From assembly GCA_036770365.1 (NCBI GenBank), contig DAIPJH010000003.1, forward strand, positions 7,250-71,249: a stretch of DNA of 64,000 nt, in the 5' to 3' direction. This stretch comes from Rickettsiales bacterium (GTDB taxonomy: Bacteria > Pseudomonadota > Alphaproteobacteria > Rickettsiales > UBA998). Shown here piece after piece: positions 29,488 to 39,950 of the stretch. The notes beneath the pieces were generated by a model. That model worked only from the letters and a program-made list of their open reading frames with translations, was not told the DNA's origin and did no database searches. Made by a program: the position numbers and the translations under genes. The first letter of the stretch is position 1. The number at the start of each line of letters is the position of its first letter.

Positions 29488-30993
29488 ATGTTTAACTACT
29501 TAAGACATTTTGCCGCCATCAGCCTTGTTCTTGTTGCCGTTGCAGCATGGTTTGTCGGAGGGTATTTTAAATCCGTTTCCAGTGAGGATTTGGTCTTCTT
29601 GGTACGCCAGAATAACGCCGCCCTCGCTCAAGGCTTCATCAACACCGTATGGAAAAGTCACCATAACGTGATTGAGCGGCTCTGGAGCGTCGAAGTCAGC
29701 ACATGGGGTAACTATAAAGAATTTCGTAAGTTCAGAGATGAAAGCATCCGTTTTTTTGAAGAGATGCCCGTGGTCGAAGTCAGCATTTATTCTCCAAAAG
29801 GCGAGCTGATTTTTTCTACCGACACCACGAAACGCCCTGATGAAAACAGCCATATCACCAATGATCCTGACTTTAACGCGGCTATCAATGGCAAGACAAG
29901 CGCACGTATTTTAGAAGATTCTCAATATCTTAAGCCCAATAAGGAAGTAACAACGGGAACACTTATTAAAACTTTTGTGCCGATCACTTCAGACTATTAC
30001 GTCCCCATTCTTGCCAAGAATGACATTCCTCCCGCGGAAGCGATCGTAGAGCTTCGTTACAATGTCACCTCACAATGGGACAGACTCTCAGGCTTCCAAA
30101 TGATTGCAACGATTGGGGTAATTTTAATTTTCGTCGTATTGATTCTCGTACTTATCATTACCTCACGCAGAGCAGAAAATATCATTGCCAAACAGCATGA
30201 AGTCAATCTCGAACTTGCAGCCACCGCCGCCGCTGCCGAAGCTGAGAACCGTGACAAATCACAATTCCTAGCCAATATCAGCCATGAACTACGCACCCCC
30301 CTCAATGCTATTATTGGTTTCTCGGAAATCATCAAGAATGAACCAGAATCAGGACTATCACCACCACATCAAGAATATATCCGCGATATTCATTATTCAG
30401 GCGTCCATCTACTCAGCCTCATTAATGATATTTTGGATTATTCTAAAGCTGAAGCAGGTAAATTAGAGGTCAATATCAGCGAAATTGATGGCGTCAAGAT
30501 GGTCAAAAACAGTATGCGCCTTGTGATTCCACGTGCGGAGAGTTCACAGGTGGCACTGGTAGAAGACCTTCCAACACGCCATTTTACCCTGCAAACCGAT
30601 GCAAAAAAACTCAAACAAGTCTTACTCAATCTCCTTTCTAATGCCGTCAAATTCACGCCTGCAGGCGGACAAGTGACCGTGGCGGCATGGCATGACACCA
30701 ACAATGACACCATTGTCTTCACAGTCTCAGACACAGGGATTGGCATTGCGCTTAAAGATATTTCACGCGTAATGACCCCATTTGGTCAGGTTGATAGCAC
30801 ACTTGCTCGCCGCTACGAAGGCACAGGACTCGGTCTTCCCCTCTCCAAGAAATTCGTTGAAACATTAGGAGGAAAGCTTGATATTCACAGTGAAGTTGGC
30901 AAAGGCACGACCGTATCCATCACCTTGCCTCGTATCTTCAATCGTGCGGCGGCAATAGCACAAATTAGCCCATCTTCTGATCCCGCGCTTTAA
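29488..30993 (+). CDS. Orphan sensor histidine kinase (2 TM, periplasmic sensor, HisKA-HATPase)
   Basis: H-box [22 protein letters not shown]-box [13 protein letters not shown]-boxes DTGIGI and [10 protein letters not shown]. No response regulator gene is adjacent. Confidence 0.9.
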   Translation: MFNYLRHFAAISLVLVAVAAWFVGGYFKSVSSEDLVFLVRQNNAALAQGFINTVWKSHHNVIERLWSVEVSTWGNYKEFRKFRDESIRFFEEMPVVEVSIYSPKGELIFSTDTTKRPDENSHITNDPDFNAAINGKTSARILEDSQYLKPNKEVTTGTLIKTFVPITSDYYVPILAKNDIPPAEAIVELRYNVTSQWDRLSGFQMIATIGVILIFVVLILVLIITSRRAENIIAKQHEVNLELAATAAAAEAENRDKSQFLANISHELRTPLNAIIGFSEIIKNEPESGLSPPHQEYIRDIHYSGVHLLSLINDILDYSKAEAGKLEVNISEIDGVKMVKNSMRLVIPRAESSQVALVEDLPTRHFTLQTDAKKLKQVLLNLLSNAVKFTPAGGQVTVAAWHDTNNDTIVFTVSDTGIGIALKDISRVMTPFGQVDSTLARRYEGTGLGLPLSKKFVETLGGKLDIHSEVGKGTTVSITLPRIFNRAAAIAQISPSSDPAL

Positions 30994-31046
30994 TTTTCTA
31001 CAAACTTCGCTATGATGCAGCAAGTTTCATCAATATAAGCACCATC

Positions 31047-31859
31047 ATGTCCTCTCAAGCACCTATCAAACGCCTTACCATTCCAGCCATTCAAACCCTT
31101 AAAGGTGAACGGCCGATTGTCGCGCTTACCGCTTACACCACACCCTTTGCGCGTATCTTAGACCCACATGTAGACATTCTCTTGGTTGGTGATTCACTGG
31201 CAATGGTACTCTACGGCATGGAATCAACACTTGGCATTACACTTGATGATATGATTCGCCATGGTAAGGCGGTCAAACGCGGTGCGAACCATGCGCTTGT
31301 AGTGGTCGATATGCCGTTTGGCAGCTATCAAGGCAGCACTGAACAAGCGTTCAACGCTGCTTCTCGCGTGATGAAAGAGACTTTTTGCGACGCTGTGAAA
31401 CTTGAAGGCGGCGCAGAAATGGCAGAAACCATTCGTTTCCTCACCCAGCGCGGCGTCCCTGTGATGGGGCATATCGGACTCATGCCACAACATGTCAATA
31501 GTTACGGCGGCTACCGCTATCAAGGACGCACGGACGACGATAAGAAACGCATCACCCGCGATGCCCACGCGCTGCAAGATGCTGGTGCATTTGCAGTTGT
31601 CATTGAATGTACCGAAAAAACCTTAGCTCGTGACATCAGTAAACAGCTTGTCATCCCCACGATTGGCATTGGCGCGGGAGTCGAATGTGATGGTCAAGTA
31701 TTGGTCACCGAAGATATGGCAGGGCTTTTTGAGCATAATGCACGCTTTGTACGCCCGTTCAGTAATCTTGGTGCAAGCCTAGAAGACGCTGCAAAATCTT
31801 ATGCTGAAGCGGTCAAAAGTCGCAGCTACCCAAACGAAAAAGAAAGCTTTGGGGGATAA
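31047..31859 (+). CDS. panB: 3-methyl-2-oxobutanoate hydroxymethyltransferase
   Basis: [30 protein letters not shown] and KLEGG motifs. Confidence 0.95.
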   Translation: MSSQAPIKRLTIPAIQTLKGERPIVALTAYTTPFARILDPHVDILLVGDSLAMVLYGMESTLGITLDDMIRHGKAVKRGANHALVVVDMPFGSYQGSTEQAFNAASRVMKETFCDAVKLEGGAEMAETIRFLTQRGVPVMGHIGLMPQHVNSYGGYRYQGRTDDDKKRITRDAHALQDAGAFAVVIECTEKTLARDISKQLVIPTIGIGAGVECDGQVLVTEDMAGLFEHNARFVRPFSNLGASLEDAAKSYAEAVKSRSYPNEKESFGG

Positions 31860-31862
31860 ATT

Positions 31863-32186
31863 TTACCGTTTTCTTAGATATATCTTAATACGATAAATCA
31901 CATAGAGTATGCTTCCTAATGCACCTATTTCAGCTAACAATAAAAGGTAATGAACTTGTGGGTAGCCACGCATACCGACCTTTCCCCCTGCTGGCTGACC
32001 ATTCGACGACACCCCATCCCATGCAATAGTTCGTTCAAGAACTTCATGTTCATAACCAATAGCATGAAACCAGTCAAAAGTTGTTTCTTGGAAACGTTGG
32101 TCACTTAAATCAACAGGAATCCATAACACATTCCACGGCGGAATTACCAACATCACAAAGAATAACAACGCGATAAAAATGCGCAT
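31863..32186 (-). CDS. Hypothetical small membrane protein
   Basis: The ORF is trimmed to MRIFIALLFFVMLV (107 aa) so that it no longer overlaps the bioA 3' end. Two hydrophobic helices. No recognisable family. Confidence 0.4.
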   Translation of the reverse strand: MRIFIALLFFVMLVIPPWNVLWIPVDLSDQRFQETTFDWFHAIGYEHEVLERTIAWDGVSSNGQPAGGKVGMRGYPQVHYLLLLAEIGALGSILYVIYRIKIYLRKR

Positions 32187-32193
32187 AAATACC

Positions 32194-33516
32194 CTACTCA
32201 AACAAATGACTGACCTTCTCGCGCACTTCGCGTGACCAATCCTGCGTGACAATAGAAACTGCATCAGTGAGGGTTGTGAGTTCGTCTTCATTAATCGTCA
32301 GTGGTGGCATCAGATAGATGACGTCGCGGAACGGGCGAATCCAGACATTATGCTGTGCAAACGTACGGCGCAGGGTTGGGATATGGACATATTCTTTTGC
32401 AAGCTGCACAGCGGCAATCGCACCTTTGACGCGCACATCCATCACCCCTGAAAGTTCACTCAGCGGCTCTAATGCGGCGAACATTTGTGCTTCCATAGCG
32501 TTCGCTTGGTCAAGACGAGGCTCACGCTCAAACAAATCGAGTGACGCATTCGCCACCGCGCAGGCAAGCGAATTTGCCATGAAGGTTGGGCCATGCATGA
32601 GCGCACGCTCAGGGTCATCAGAGACAAATGCTTCATAAATATGTTCTTTAGTAAGAGTCGCAGCAAGTGACATCACACCACCTGTTAAGCCTTTACCAAG
32701 ACATAAAATATCAGGAATAATATCTGCCTCGTTGCAAGCAAACATATTGCCTGTACGCGCAAAGCCCGTAGCAATTTCATCCGCAATAAACAAAATATCA
32801 TGCTCTTTGCACAAACGGTGAACTTCTGCCAAAATATCAGGGCTATAAAACCGCACCCCACCCGCCCCTTGAACAAGTGGCTCAATGATAAGCGCAGCGG
32901 TTTGCGGTGCGATTTCAGCTAACGTTTCGCTAAACTCTGCCAAACTATATTCACCTGTGGGAATTGCCATCGCAAAATTGCGATTTTGCAAATGCGCATA
33001 GGCACGGTGCATCCCATGCACGGGATCGCTGACCGACATCGCACCCATCGTATCACCGTGATAACCATCATGCATACAAATAAAACGGCTTTTATTGCGC
33101 TTGCCGACATTCAGCCAATATTGCATCGCTATTTTCATCGCCACTTCACAGGCAATCGACCCAGAATCCGCAAAAAACACGCGCGTCAACCCTGTTGCTT
33201 TATCGCCATGCCCCATCGTCATCGCACATAAGCGACGAGCCAAGGTATATGCTTGCTCATGTGCCAACCCACCAAACATCACATGCGGCATCAACTCTAA
33301 TTGTTTACGCGCCGCCTCAAGCAAATAAGGATGATTATAACCATGCGCCGCTGACCACCATGACGACACGCCGTCAATCAGTTCGCGCCCATCTTCCAAA
33401 ATAATACGACAACCCTCCGTTCGCTTAACGGGAAGCGGTGCAGGACTCGCAGGAAACTGCCCATAAGGAGGCCAGATATGATCAACGCCACTTGTATACC
33501 AGCTAGGCAAACTCAT
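32194..33516 (-). CDS. bioA: Adenosylmethionine-8-amino-7-oxononanoate aminotransferase
   Basis: 440-aa class-III aminotransferase. HIWPPY N-terminus, [17 protein letters not shown] and the PLP-lysine context CLGKGLTGG. Confidence 0.93.
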   Translation of the reverse strand: MSLPSWYTSGVDHIWPPYGQFPASPAPLPVKRTEGCRIILEDGRELIDGVSSWWSAAHGYNHPYLLEAARKQLELMPHVMFGGLAHEQAYTLARRLCAMTMGHGDKATGLTRVFFADSGSIACEVAMKIAMQYWLNVGKRNKSRFICMHDGYHGDTMGAMSVSDPVHGMHRAYAHLQNRNFAMAIPTGEYSLAEFSETLAEIAPQTAALIIEPLVQGAGGVRFYSPDILAEVHRLCKEHDILFIADEIATGFARTGNMFACNEADIIPDILCLGKGLTGGVMSLAATLTKEHIYEAFVSDDPERALMHGPTFMANSLACAVANASLDLFEREPRLDQANAMEAQMFAALEPLSELSGVMDVRVKGAIAAVQLAKEYVHIPTLRRTFAQHNVWIRPFRDVIYLMPPLTINEDELTTLTDAVSIVTQDWSREVREKVSHLFE

Positions 33517-34511
33517 GCGGCATACCCTTCTATCTTCATGCCAAGTCGTTCCAACAAGATTTGATCTTTATTGGTTTCAGGATTCGGGGTAGTGAGTAGC
33601 GTATCACCATAAAAAATTGAATTCGCACCAGCGACAAAACACAATGCCTGCGCCGCATCATCCAACTCACCCCGCCCAGCAGACAAACGCACATAAGAGG
33701 TCGGCATCAAAATACGCGCCACCGCGATCGTACGGACAAATTCAAACATATCCGTTTTCTCCGCGTGCGCGAGCGGCGTCCCCGCTACTGGCACTAAACT
33801 ATTGATCGGCACACTATGTGGATGCTCAGGCAAGTTTGCTAATGTTACCAGTAAACTAGCGCGATCTTCCCGTGCTTCACCTAAGCCAATAATCCCACCC
33901 GAACAAGTCTTCATCCCTGCTTCGCGCACATGCGCAAGCGTGTTCAAACGGTCAGCATAAGTCCGCGTGGTTATCACCTTGTCATAATAGGCCTCAGATG
34001 TATCAAGATTATGATTATAGTAATCAAGCCCAGCTTCTTTAAGTGTATGTGCTTGGTCTTCAGTGAGCATCCCCGCTGTCAAGCAAGTCTCCATCCCCAA
34101 TGCACGCACTTCTTCAATCATCTGAACGAGTGCAGGCATATCCCGTGCCTTCGGCTCGCGCCACGCTGCACCCATACAAAAACGCGTAGAACCATTGGCT
34201 TTCGCTACTTTTGCCGCTTCCACTACTTTTTCGGTATCAAACAACTTGGTTGCTTTCAACCCTGTATCAAAATGCGCACTTTGCGAACAATAACCACAAT
34301 TTTCCGCGCACCCACCTGTTTTAATCGACAGCAAAGTGCTAACTTGCACTTCTGAAGGGTCAAAATGCTGACGATGCACAGTTTGCGCCTGAAATACTAA
34401 CTCAGGAAGCGACAATGCATACAAAGCCAAAGCCTCCTCTGTCGTCCAGTCATGACGTTGATTCGCGCAAGCCGCCTGCTTATAAGATGAGCAATGTGAG
34501 TGCAAAGACAT
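33513..34511 (-). CDS. bioB: Biotin synthase
   Basis: Radical-SAM cluster [11 protein letters not shown]. Overlaps bioA by 4 nt. Confidence 0.95.
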   Translation of the reverse strand: MSLHSHCSSYKQAACANQRHDWTTEEALALYALSLPELVFQAQTVHRQHFDPSEVQVSTLLSIKTGGCAENCGYCSQSAHFDTGLKATKLFDTEKVVEAAKVAKANGSTRFCMGAAWREPKARDMPALVQMIEEVRALGMETCLTAGMLTEDQAHTLKEAGLDYYNHNLDTSEAYYDKVITTRTYADRLNTLAHVREAGMKTCSGGIIGLGEAREDRASLLVTLANLPEHPHSVPINSLVPVAGTPLAHAEKTDMFEFVRTIAVARILMPTSYVRLSAGRGELDDAAQALCFVAGANSIFYGDTLLTTPNPETNKDQILLERLGMKIEGYAA

Positions 34512-34535
34512 AATTTTTCCGCTACAAAACGCTAA

Positions 34536-35693
34536 ATGAATCCATCCTATAGCAAGGATACAATAAGAATGCCAGCATTAGACGACATCTTACATCAGAA
34601 GCTTGAGAGGTTAGAAGCAAAACACGCACGCCGCACCTTGCATGAAACAGCACATGAGGAAGGCATAGGGGTAATGCGCAGCGGCAAACAACTACTTTCT
34701 TTTAGTAGCAATGATTATCTAGGTTTAAGCAAACATCCTGAGGTTATCAACGCAGGAGTTAAAGCACTCTCATATTACGGCGCAGGCGCAGGCGCATCAC
34801 GTTTGGTCACAGGCAATCATCCACTCTACGGCGCACTCGAAACACGCCTCGCCGCTATCAAAGGCACGGCATCTGCACTCGTATTTGGCAGTGGCTACCT
34901 CGCTAATATCGGTGTGATTTCTGCACTGATGAGTAAAGATGACCTGATTATTGCAGATAAACTAGTCCACGCATGCATGTTGGACGGCGCAAAACTCTCA
35001 GGCGCGAAACTGCTGCGCTTTCTCCATAATGACACCCAAGACGCAGCACGACTGCTGGTGGAACACCGCGGCAACGCCCGCCATTGCTTAATACTGACCG
35101 AAACCGTCTTCAGTATGGACGGCGACCTCGCTCCTATTGAAACATTACAAAAACTCGCAAATGAGCATGATGCATGGTTACTCAGTGACGATGCACATGG
35201 GGTTTTTGAGTCAGAGGTCAAGGATCAGGGGTCAGAAAATTATATCCAAATCGGCACACTCTCCAAAGCCATCGGCACGTATGGTGGCTACGTCTGTGGT
35301 TCAAAAACATTGATAGACTATCTTATCAGCTCTGCACGTAGCTTTATTTTCTCAACCGCGCTCCCACCTGCGGTGATTGCCGCCGCAGACAAAGCACTGG
35401 AAATCATCGCACAAAACCCTGAACTTTGCGCAACACCACTAAGGAATGCAAGACACTTCACAGATATACTCGAGCTACCCCAAGCCACCAGCCAGATTGT
35501 CCCCATTATCATTGGCGACAACGCGAAAACATTGGACATAGCAGCAGCACTCGAGGCAAGAGGACTGCTGATCTCAGCGATACGCCCACCCACCGTACCG
35601 CAAGGCACAGCTCGCCTACGCATCACTTTTTCTACGCTTCATAGCGAACAAGAAGTAGAAGCACTTGCTAAAACCTTAAAATCACTACTTTGA
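34536..35693 (+). CDS. bioF: 8-amino-7-oxononanoate synthase
   Basis: SNDYLGL, GSGYLAN, DDAHG and the PLP-lysine context GTLSKAIG. The start could be Met12 (34569). Confidence 0.9.
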   Translation: MNPSYSKDTIRMPALDDILHQKLERLEAKHARRTLHETAHEEGIGVMRSGKQLLSFSSNDYLGLSKHPEVINAGVKALSYYGAGAGASRLVTGNHPLYGALETRLAAIKGTASALVFGSGYLANIGVISALMSKDDLIIADKLVHACMLDGAKLSGAKLLRFLHNDTQDAARLLVEHRGNARHCLILTETVFSMDGDLAPIETLQKLANEHDAWLLSDDAHGVFESEVKDQGSENYIQIGTLSKAIGTYGGYVCGSKTLIDYLISSARSFIFSTALPPAVIAAADKALEIIAQNPELCATPLRNARHFTDILELPQATSQIVPIIIGDNAKTLDIAAALEARGLLISAIRPPTVPQGTARLRITFSTLHSEQEVEALAKTLKSLL

Positions 35694-35753
35694 AAATTGT
35701 AATTTTGCTACTATAGTGCCTTAAATTTTTCACGCTCAAGGTTCTCTCTCACC

Positions 35754-36089
35754 ATGAAACATTCGCTCATATCCACCCTCTTACTCTCACTTTGCACCCT
35801 CACAGCATGCTCCTCTCAGCCGAAAACGCTGCAAGACCGTATTGTACTGATTAATCAAGGCATGGTGCGTGAACAAGTGCTTGAAATTCTCGGCGCACCA
35901 GGAAACCGCTCTTTCAATAGCAACCTTGAAGCGTTGCAATATTGCGAAACCAACAATCACACCGATTTTTATGTCACCCTTTTGCTCAAAGATGGCACGG
36001 TACGCACTATGAACACCAGCAACACCAGCTATGCTGATGGTTTATGCCGTTCACGCTTTACTCCTGTTGACTGGAACTTAGTAAAATAG
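35754..36089 (+). CDS. Putative lipoprotein (weak SmpA/OmlA/BamE-like motif)
   Basis: Signal peptide with lipobox LTAC. GMVREQVLEILGAPG resembles the BamE GMTKxQV..LLG.P motif. Confidence 0.55.
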   Translation: MKHSLISTLLLSLCTLTACSSQPKTLQDRIVLINQGMVREQVLEILGAPGNRSFNSNLEALQYCETNNHTDFYVTLLLKDGTVRTMNTSNTSYADGLCRSRFTPVDWNLVK

Positions 36090-36125
36090 CTATATGGCGT
36101 TATCATCTTAAAAAAGGAAGAAACT

Positions 36126-36689
36126 ATGGGCATTATGCCAGATAGCTGGATTCGCCAGCAGGCTAAAGAATTTGGAATGATTGAACCATTTGAAGAAAAT
36201 CTTCAGCGTGATGGTGTGATTTCTTACGGCGTTTCGTCTTACGGCTATGATGCACGCGTGGCGGATGAATTCAAAATTTTCACTAATGTAGATTCCGCCG
36301 TCGTTGACCCAAAAGCCTTCCCCGACGAAGGTTTTGTTGATAGAAAAATCCCGATTTGTACCATTCCCCCCAACTCATTCGCTCTAGCGCGTACCGTAGA
36401 ATATTTCCGCATTCCGCGTGATGTCCTCGTTGTATGTGTTGGCAAGTCGACCTATGCGCGTTGCGGTATCATCGTCAATGTTACGCCGCTAGAACCAGAA
36501 TGGGAAGGGCATGTCACACTAGAGTTTTCCAACACCACTCCGCTCCCCGCAAGGATTTATGCAAATGAGGGGGCGTGTCAATTTTTATTCTTTAAAGGCG
36601 AAACAGGCTGCGAAGTATCGTACCGCGACCGCAAAGGCAAATATCAGGGACAAATAGGCGTAACGTTACCGCGCATTGAACGCTCGTAA
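36126..36689 (+). CDS. dcd: dCTP deaminase
   Basis: SYGYDARV, the [11 protein letters not shown] motif, and [15 protein letters not shown]. Confidence 0.95.
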   Translation: MGIMPDSWIRQQAKEFGMIEPFEENLQRDGVISYGVSSYGYDARVADEFKIFTNVDSAVVDPKAFPDEGFVDRKIPICTIPPNSFALARTVEYFRIPRDVLVVCVGKSTYARCGIIVNVTPLEPEWEGHVTLEFSNTTPLPARIYANEGACQFLFFKGETGCEVSYRDRKGKYQGQIGVTLPRIERS

Positions 36690-36700
36690 AGTATCCTCAT

Positions 36701-37852
36701 ATGACCACACTTCCTGAACCTATTGTCACATTACCCAACATAGCAAGTCGCTATGATAAAACGGATAAAACACGTTCAATAATCGACGATACAGCAAGCC
36801 GCGCCTATGATAATGGAGTTGCACCTTTACGTAAAGCCCGTGCTGCTTTTGCGCAACTTGCTAACCGCTACAGCCTGACCCATAATCCTAAAGATGCGCA
36901 AGCTCTTGGAAATTACCTAGAACATTGGGCAAAAAGTGATGGTCTCACAGGTTTTAGTAATCATGGTAATACCCCAGAAGACAAAAACAATCACAGTACA
37001 CAGCAATTCAATCTCTCGCTTACCTTAAGCACCCTTGGCATGAGCTATGCGCAAGTACGTGACGCATTACCCGATACGCAGAAAACCACGATTGATACAT
37101 GGCTAAAAAAGGTAGACGCAACCTTAGAAGAACCTGAGGCCACAAAATTCAAACCTAATAACCACGCATACTGGCGCGGCGCAGCGCACGCAGCAATCGG
37201 TCATGCTACAAAAGACGATGCTTTATTCACCAAAGGGCTAAACATAGCGCGTATCGGCATTTCCCAAATTGACAAAGATTTACTCTTTCCCGCAGAGACC
37301 CAACGCGGTTCACGTTCACTGGACTATCAGTATTTTGCTGCGATGCCGCTAGTCATGACGGCAGAGCTTGCCGCCACCAAAAACATCCCTCTTTATCAAG
37401 AAAACAATGCCGCACTGCGCCGCGTGGTAGAAGAGCGGCTTGTTCCAGCACTCGAAAACGATCTAGCAACCTACAAACTACTGAATGATCGTTCAGGAGA
37501 AAAGCAGTTACCACCAAAACAAACTAATATGCCACTTTTTGCATTGTATAACAATCGCTTTCCAAGCCCACGCACAGAAGCCGCTGTCAACAACTACCTT
37601 GCCCATCTTAAAAGCAATCCCCAAACCGACGTGAGTGAAGAAAATACGACGATTACCACAGGAACAAATCTCACCCCAACCATCCGCACACTCTCCTACC
37701 CTGCCCTTGGCGGTCACATCGATATGGTCTATGCGCACCTGCATGCATTACCCCCCACCACTGAAATTCATGGTGGCGATAGAATCGCTCCACCGACAAT
37801 CCCCCCCCTAACACCCTCCACTCCCAAAGGCACGAATACATGGACAAGATAA
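36701..37852 (+). CDS. Alginate-lyase-like (PL5 / PF05426-like) protein with a Pro/Thr-rich C-terminus
   Basis: [17 protein letters not shown] matches the NNHSYW core motif of AlgL-type lyases. I see no obvious signal peptide. Lies 11 nt after dcd and overlaps murA by 13 nt. Confidence 0.5.
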   Translation: MTTLPEPIVTLPNIASRYDKTDKTRSIIDDTASRAYDNGVAPLRKARAAFAQLANRYSLTHNPKDAQALGNYLEHWAKSDGLTGFSNHGNTPEDKNNHSTQQFNLSLTLSTLGMSYAQVRDALPDTQKTTIDTWLKKVDATLEEPEATKFKPNNHAYWRGAAHAAIGHATKDDALFTKGLNIARIGISQIDKDLLFPAETQRGSRSLDYQYFAAMPLVMTAELAATKNIPLYQENNAALRRVVEERLVPALENDLATYKLLNDRSGEKQLPPKQTNMPLFALYNNRFPSPRTEAAVNNYLAHLKSNPQTDVSEENTTITTGTNLTPTIRTLSYPALGGHIDMVYAHLHALPPTTEIHGGDRIAPPTIPPLTPSTPKGTNTWTR

Positions 37853-39123
37853 GAATCGTCGGTGGCACACCACTCAAAGGACGCATCTACATCAGCGGCG
37901 CAAAAAATGCTGCATTGCCACTCATGTGTGCCTCGCTACTAAGTGAAGAAACCCTGACACTGACCGGCATGCCGTACTTGGCTGACATTGTAACACTAAC
38001 CCGCCTACTCATGCAACACGGTGTCTCACTCAATATGCATGATCACTTGTTTTCTAAAGAAAAACATTTTGGACATACAATGTCACTCTGCGGCAAAAAC
38101 ATCACCAGCCTGACAGCACCTTATGATTTAGTACGCACCATGCGCGCCTCTGTCCTCGTGCTTGGCCCGCTACTTGCGCGCTTTGGCGAAGCAAAAGTAT
38201 CCCTACCAGGAGGCTGTGCGATTGGCTCGCGTCCAATCGACCTCCACCTCAAAGCACTTGAAGCACTCGGCGCAGACATCGAGATTTCTGAGGGCTATGT
38301 CAATGCCAAAGTTAAAGGTCGTTTAAAGGGCGCGGAAATCTATTTTGATAAAGTCTCAGTTGGCGCAACCGAAAACCTATTGATGGCAGCCGCACTCGCA
38401 GATGGCGTAACCGTACTTGCCAACGCAGCACGTGAGCCTGAAGTAACGGACCTTGCGCAGTGCCTCGTTAAAATGGGTGCAAAAATCGAAGGCATCGGGA
38501 CGGATAAACTCACCATTATCGGCGTGACCTCACTCCACGCAGCAGAACACCGCGTGGTTGCAGACCGCATCGAAGCAGGCACATACATAACTGCCGCCGC
38601 CATGACAAAAGGCGACATCGAACTCATCGGTGCGTCCGCAAACACACTCGGCGCAGTGATTGAAAAATACGAAGCCGCAGGCGTGACCATCACCCCTACT
38701 GCTAAAGGACTCCACGTCACCGCCGCAGGCGACATCAAAGGCGTGGATATGATGACCCTACCGTTTCCGGGATTCCCCACCGACATGCAAGCGCAGTTCA
38801 TGGCACTGATGAGCTTAGCCAACGGCGCAAGCATGATCACCGAAACTATCTTTGAAAATCGCTTCATGCACGTCCCCGAACTCGTGCGCATGGGTGCAAA
38901 CATCAACGTACAAGGTCGCTCGGCGATGGTACGCGGTGTAGTTGGACTCAAAGGCGCGGAAGTGATGGCGACGGATCTTCGTGCGTCTTCATCCCTCATC
39001 CTCGCTGCCCTCGCTGCCGAAGGCGAAACTACCATCCACCGTGTCTATCACCTTGATCGTGGCTATGAAGCCCTAGAGGAAAAACTAGCAGCGTGCGGCG
39101 CGGAGATTAAGCGGTTGCATTAG
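37840..39123 (+). CDS. murA: UDP-N-acetylglucosamine 1-carboxyvinyltransferase
   Basis: [11 protein letters not shown]...[10 protein letters not shown] start, the active-site loop [14 protein letters not shown], and C-terminal [11 protein letters not shown]. Confidence 0.97.
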   Translation: MDKIRIVGGTPLKGRIYISGAKNAALPLMCASLLSEETLTLTGMPYLADIVTLTRLLMQHGVSLNMHDHLFSKEKHFGHTMSLCGKNITSLTAPYDLVRTMRASVLVLGPLLARFGEAKVSLPGGCAIGSRPIDLHLKALEALGADIEISEGYVNAKVKGRLKGAEIYFDKVSVGATENLLMAAALADGVTVLANAAREPEVTDLAQCLVKMGAKIEGIGTDKLTIIGVTSLHAAEHRVVADRIEAGTYITAAAMTKGDIELIGASANTLGAVIEKYEAAGVTITPTAKGLHVTAAGDIKGVDMMTLPFPGFPTDMQAQFMALMSLANGASMITETIFENRFMHVPELVRMGANINVQGRSAMVRGVVGLKGAEVMATDLRASSSLILAALAAEGETTIHRVYHLDRGYEALEEKLAACGAEIKRLH

Positions 39124-39146
39124 GGAGTGGCTAGAAAAAACTAGTT

Positions 39147-39365
39147 TCAATTTTTTTGATTATCACTTTGCAATTCGTCACCATCAGCGTCTTGCTCTTC
39201 TTTATCAACGAAAAACGGCACTCCACTCAAAATTGTTAATGCCGTAAAAAACCACAAAGAAAGAAATCTACTTTTCTTTTTTGAAAAAAGCACAACAAGG
39301 CATGCAATCATCAAACCAAGCACTATGGCAATCATTAGATGCCCGATAAAACGCTCTAAATCCAT
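39147..39365 (-). CDS. Hypothetical small two-TM protein with an acidic tail
   Basis: 72-aa ORF with two hydrophobic helices. No recognisable family, and coding status is uncertain. Confidence 0.35.
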   Translation of the reverse strand: MDLERFIGHLMIAIVLGLMIACLVVLFSKKKSRFLSLWFFTALTILSGVPFFVDKEEQDADGDELQSDNQKN

Positions 39366-39422
39366 GCCACCTCATCCAGTATAATGAAAGTTCTTTCTAT
39401 CTTTCTGTCACAGCAACGAAAT

Positions 39423-39553
39423 AACTATAGTAGTTTAACTAAATAATTACACACTTCACTAGAAGCTAAACAACTATAACTTATTGAATTTATAGCACCA
39501 CACAACTTCACCATTTCTCTAAAAATAGGAAATTATAAAGTTAAAGTGCCATA
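39423..39553 (-). repeat. Copy B (inverted orientation) of the structured repeat of about 130 bp
   Basis: Its reverse complement reads TGGCACTTTAACTTTATAATTTCC...TATAGTTGTTTAGC...GTGTGTAATTATTTAGTTAAACTACTATAG. This is collinear with the copies at 26230 and 59194. Confidence 0.75.
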
Positions 39554-39683
39554 TAATTTCATCTGCTATATTACAACTTACCAAGAGACAGGTATACTCG
39601 CAAACATAATTATATCGACTCCTTTAACATCTTCCTATCTTTCGAATACACTGAACTAAGTCTTATTAACTTAGTTAATCACA

Positions 39684-39825
39684 ATGGAAACCGTCAACAT
39701 CCATCACGCAAAAACGCAGATTAGATGTAATAAAAGGACAAATCACCATGATGGATGATTTTGATGCGTATGATGCAGAAATCATTCGTATGTTTGAAGG
39801 AGAATATGACGAGAGTCCGCTATAA
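39684..39825 (+). pseudogene. Degraded Phd/YefM-type antitoxin remnant (internal deletion plus frameshift)
   Basis: Frame 1 gives METVNIHHAKTQ (canonical antitoxin start) and then stops at 39756-39758. The +1 frame from 39730 gives IKGQITMMDDFDAYDAEIIRMFEGEYDESPL*, a typical antitoxin C-terminus. The total of 142 nt compares with about 240 nt expected. Confidence 0.55.
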
Positions 39826-39860
39826 TGTATCTAATTGACACCCATACACTTATTGCTTAA
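39825..39860 (+). pseudogene. Truncated PIN-domain (VapC-type) toxin remnant
   Basis: The ATG overlaps the antitoxin TAA by 1 nt (TAATG). It encodes MYLIDTHTLIA and then a stop. M.L(I/L)DT(H/N).L(I/L) is the usual PIN toxin N-terminus carrying the first catalytic Asp. Confidence 0.45.
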
Positions 39861-39950
39861 CCTAACTCCCCCCTTGCCCCCACGACAAAAAAATGGCATA
39901 AAGATGCCCTTATTTACGCAAAATATATCACTATCAAAGCCTCACCCCGC

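Noticed and set aside
38340-39035. Long antisense ORFs: 231 aa opposite murA, plus 4517-5017 and 5024-5434 opposite phoR, 10804-11337, 13457-14101, 35318-35626, 59528-60037 and 60463-60774
   Set aside because: Each lies entirely inside, or straddles, a confidently identified gene on the other strand. Their composition is biased (Ser/Arg/Ala-rich or His/Arg/Thr-rich) and they have no recognisable motifs. They are typical shadow ORFs.
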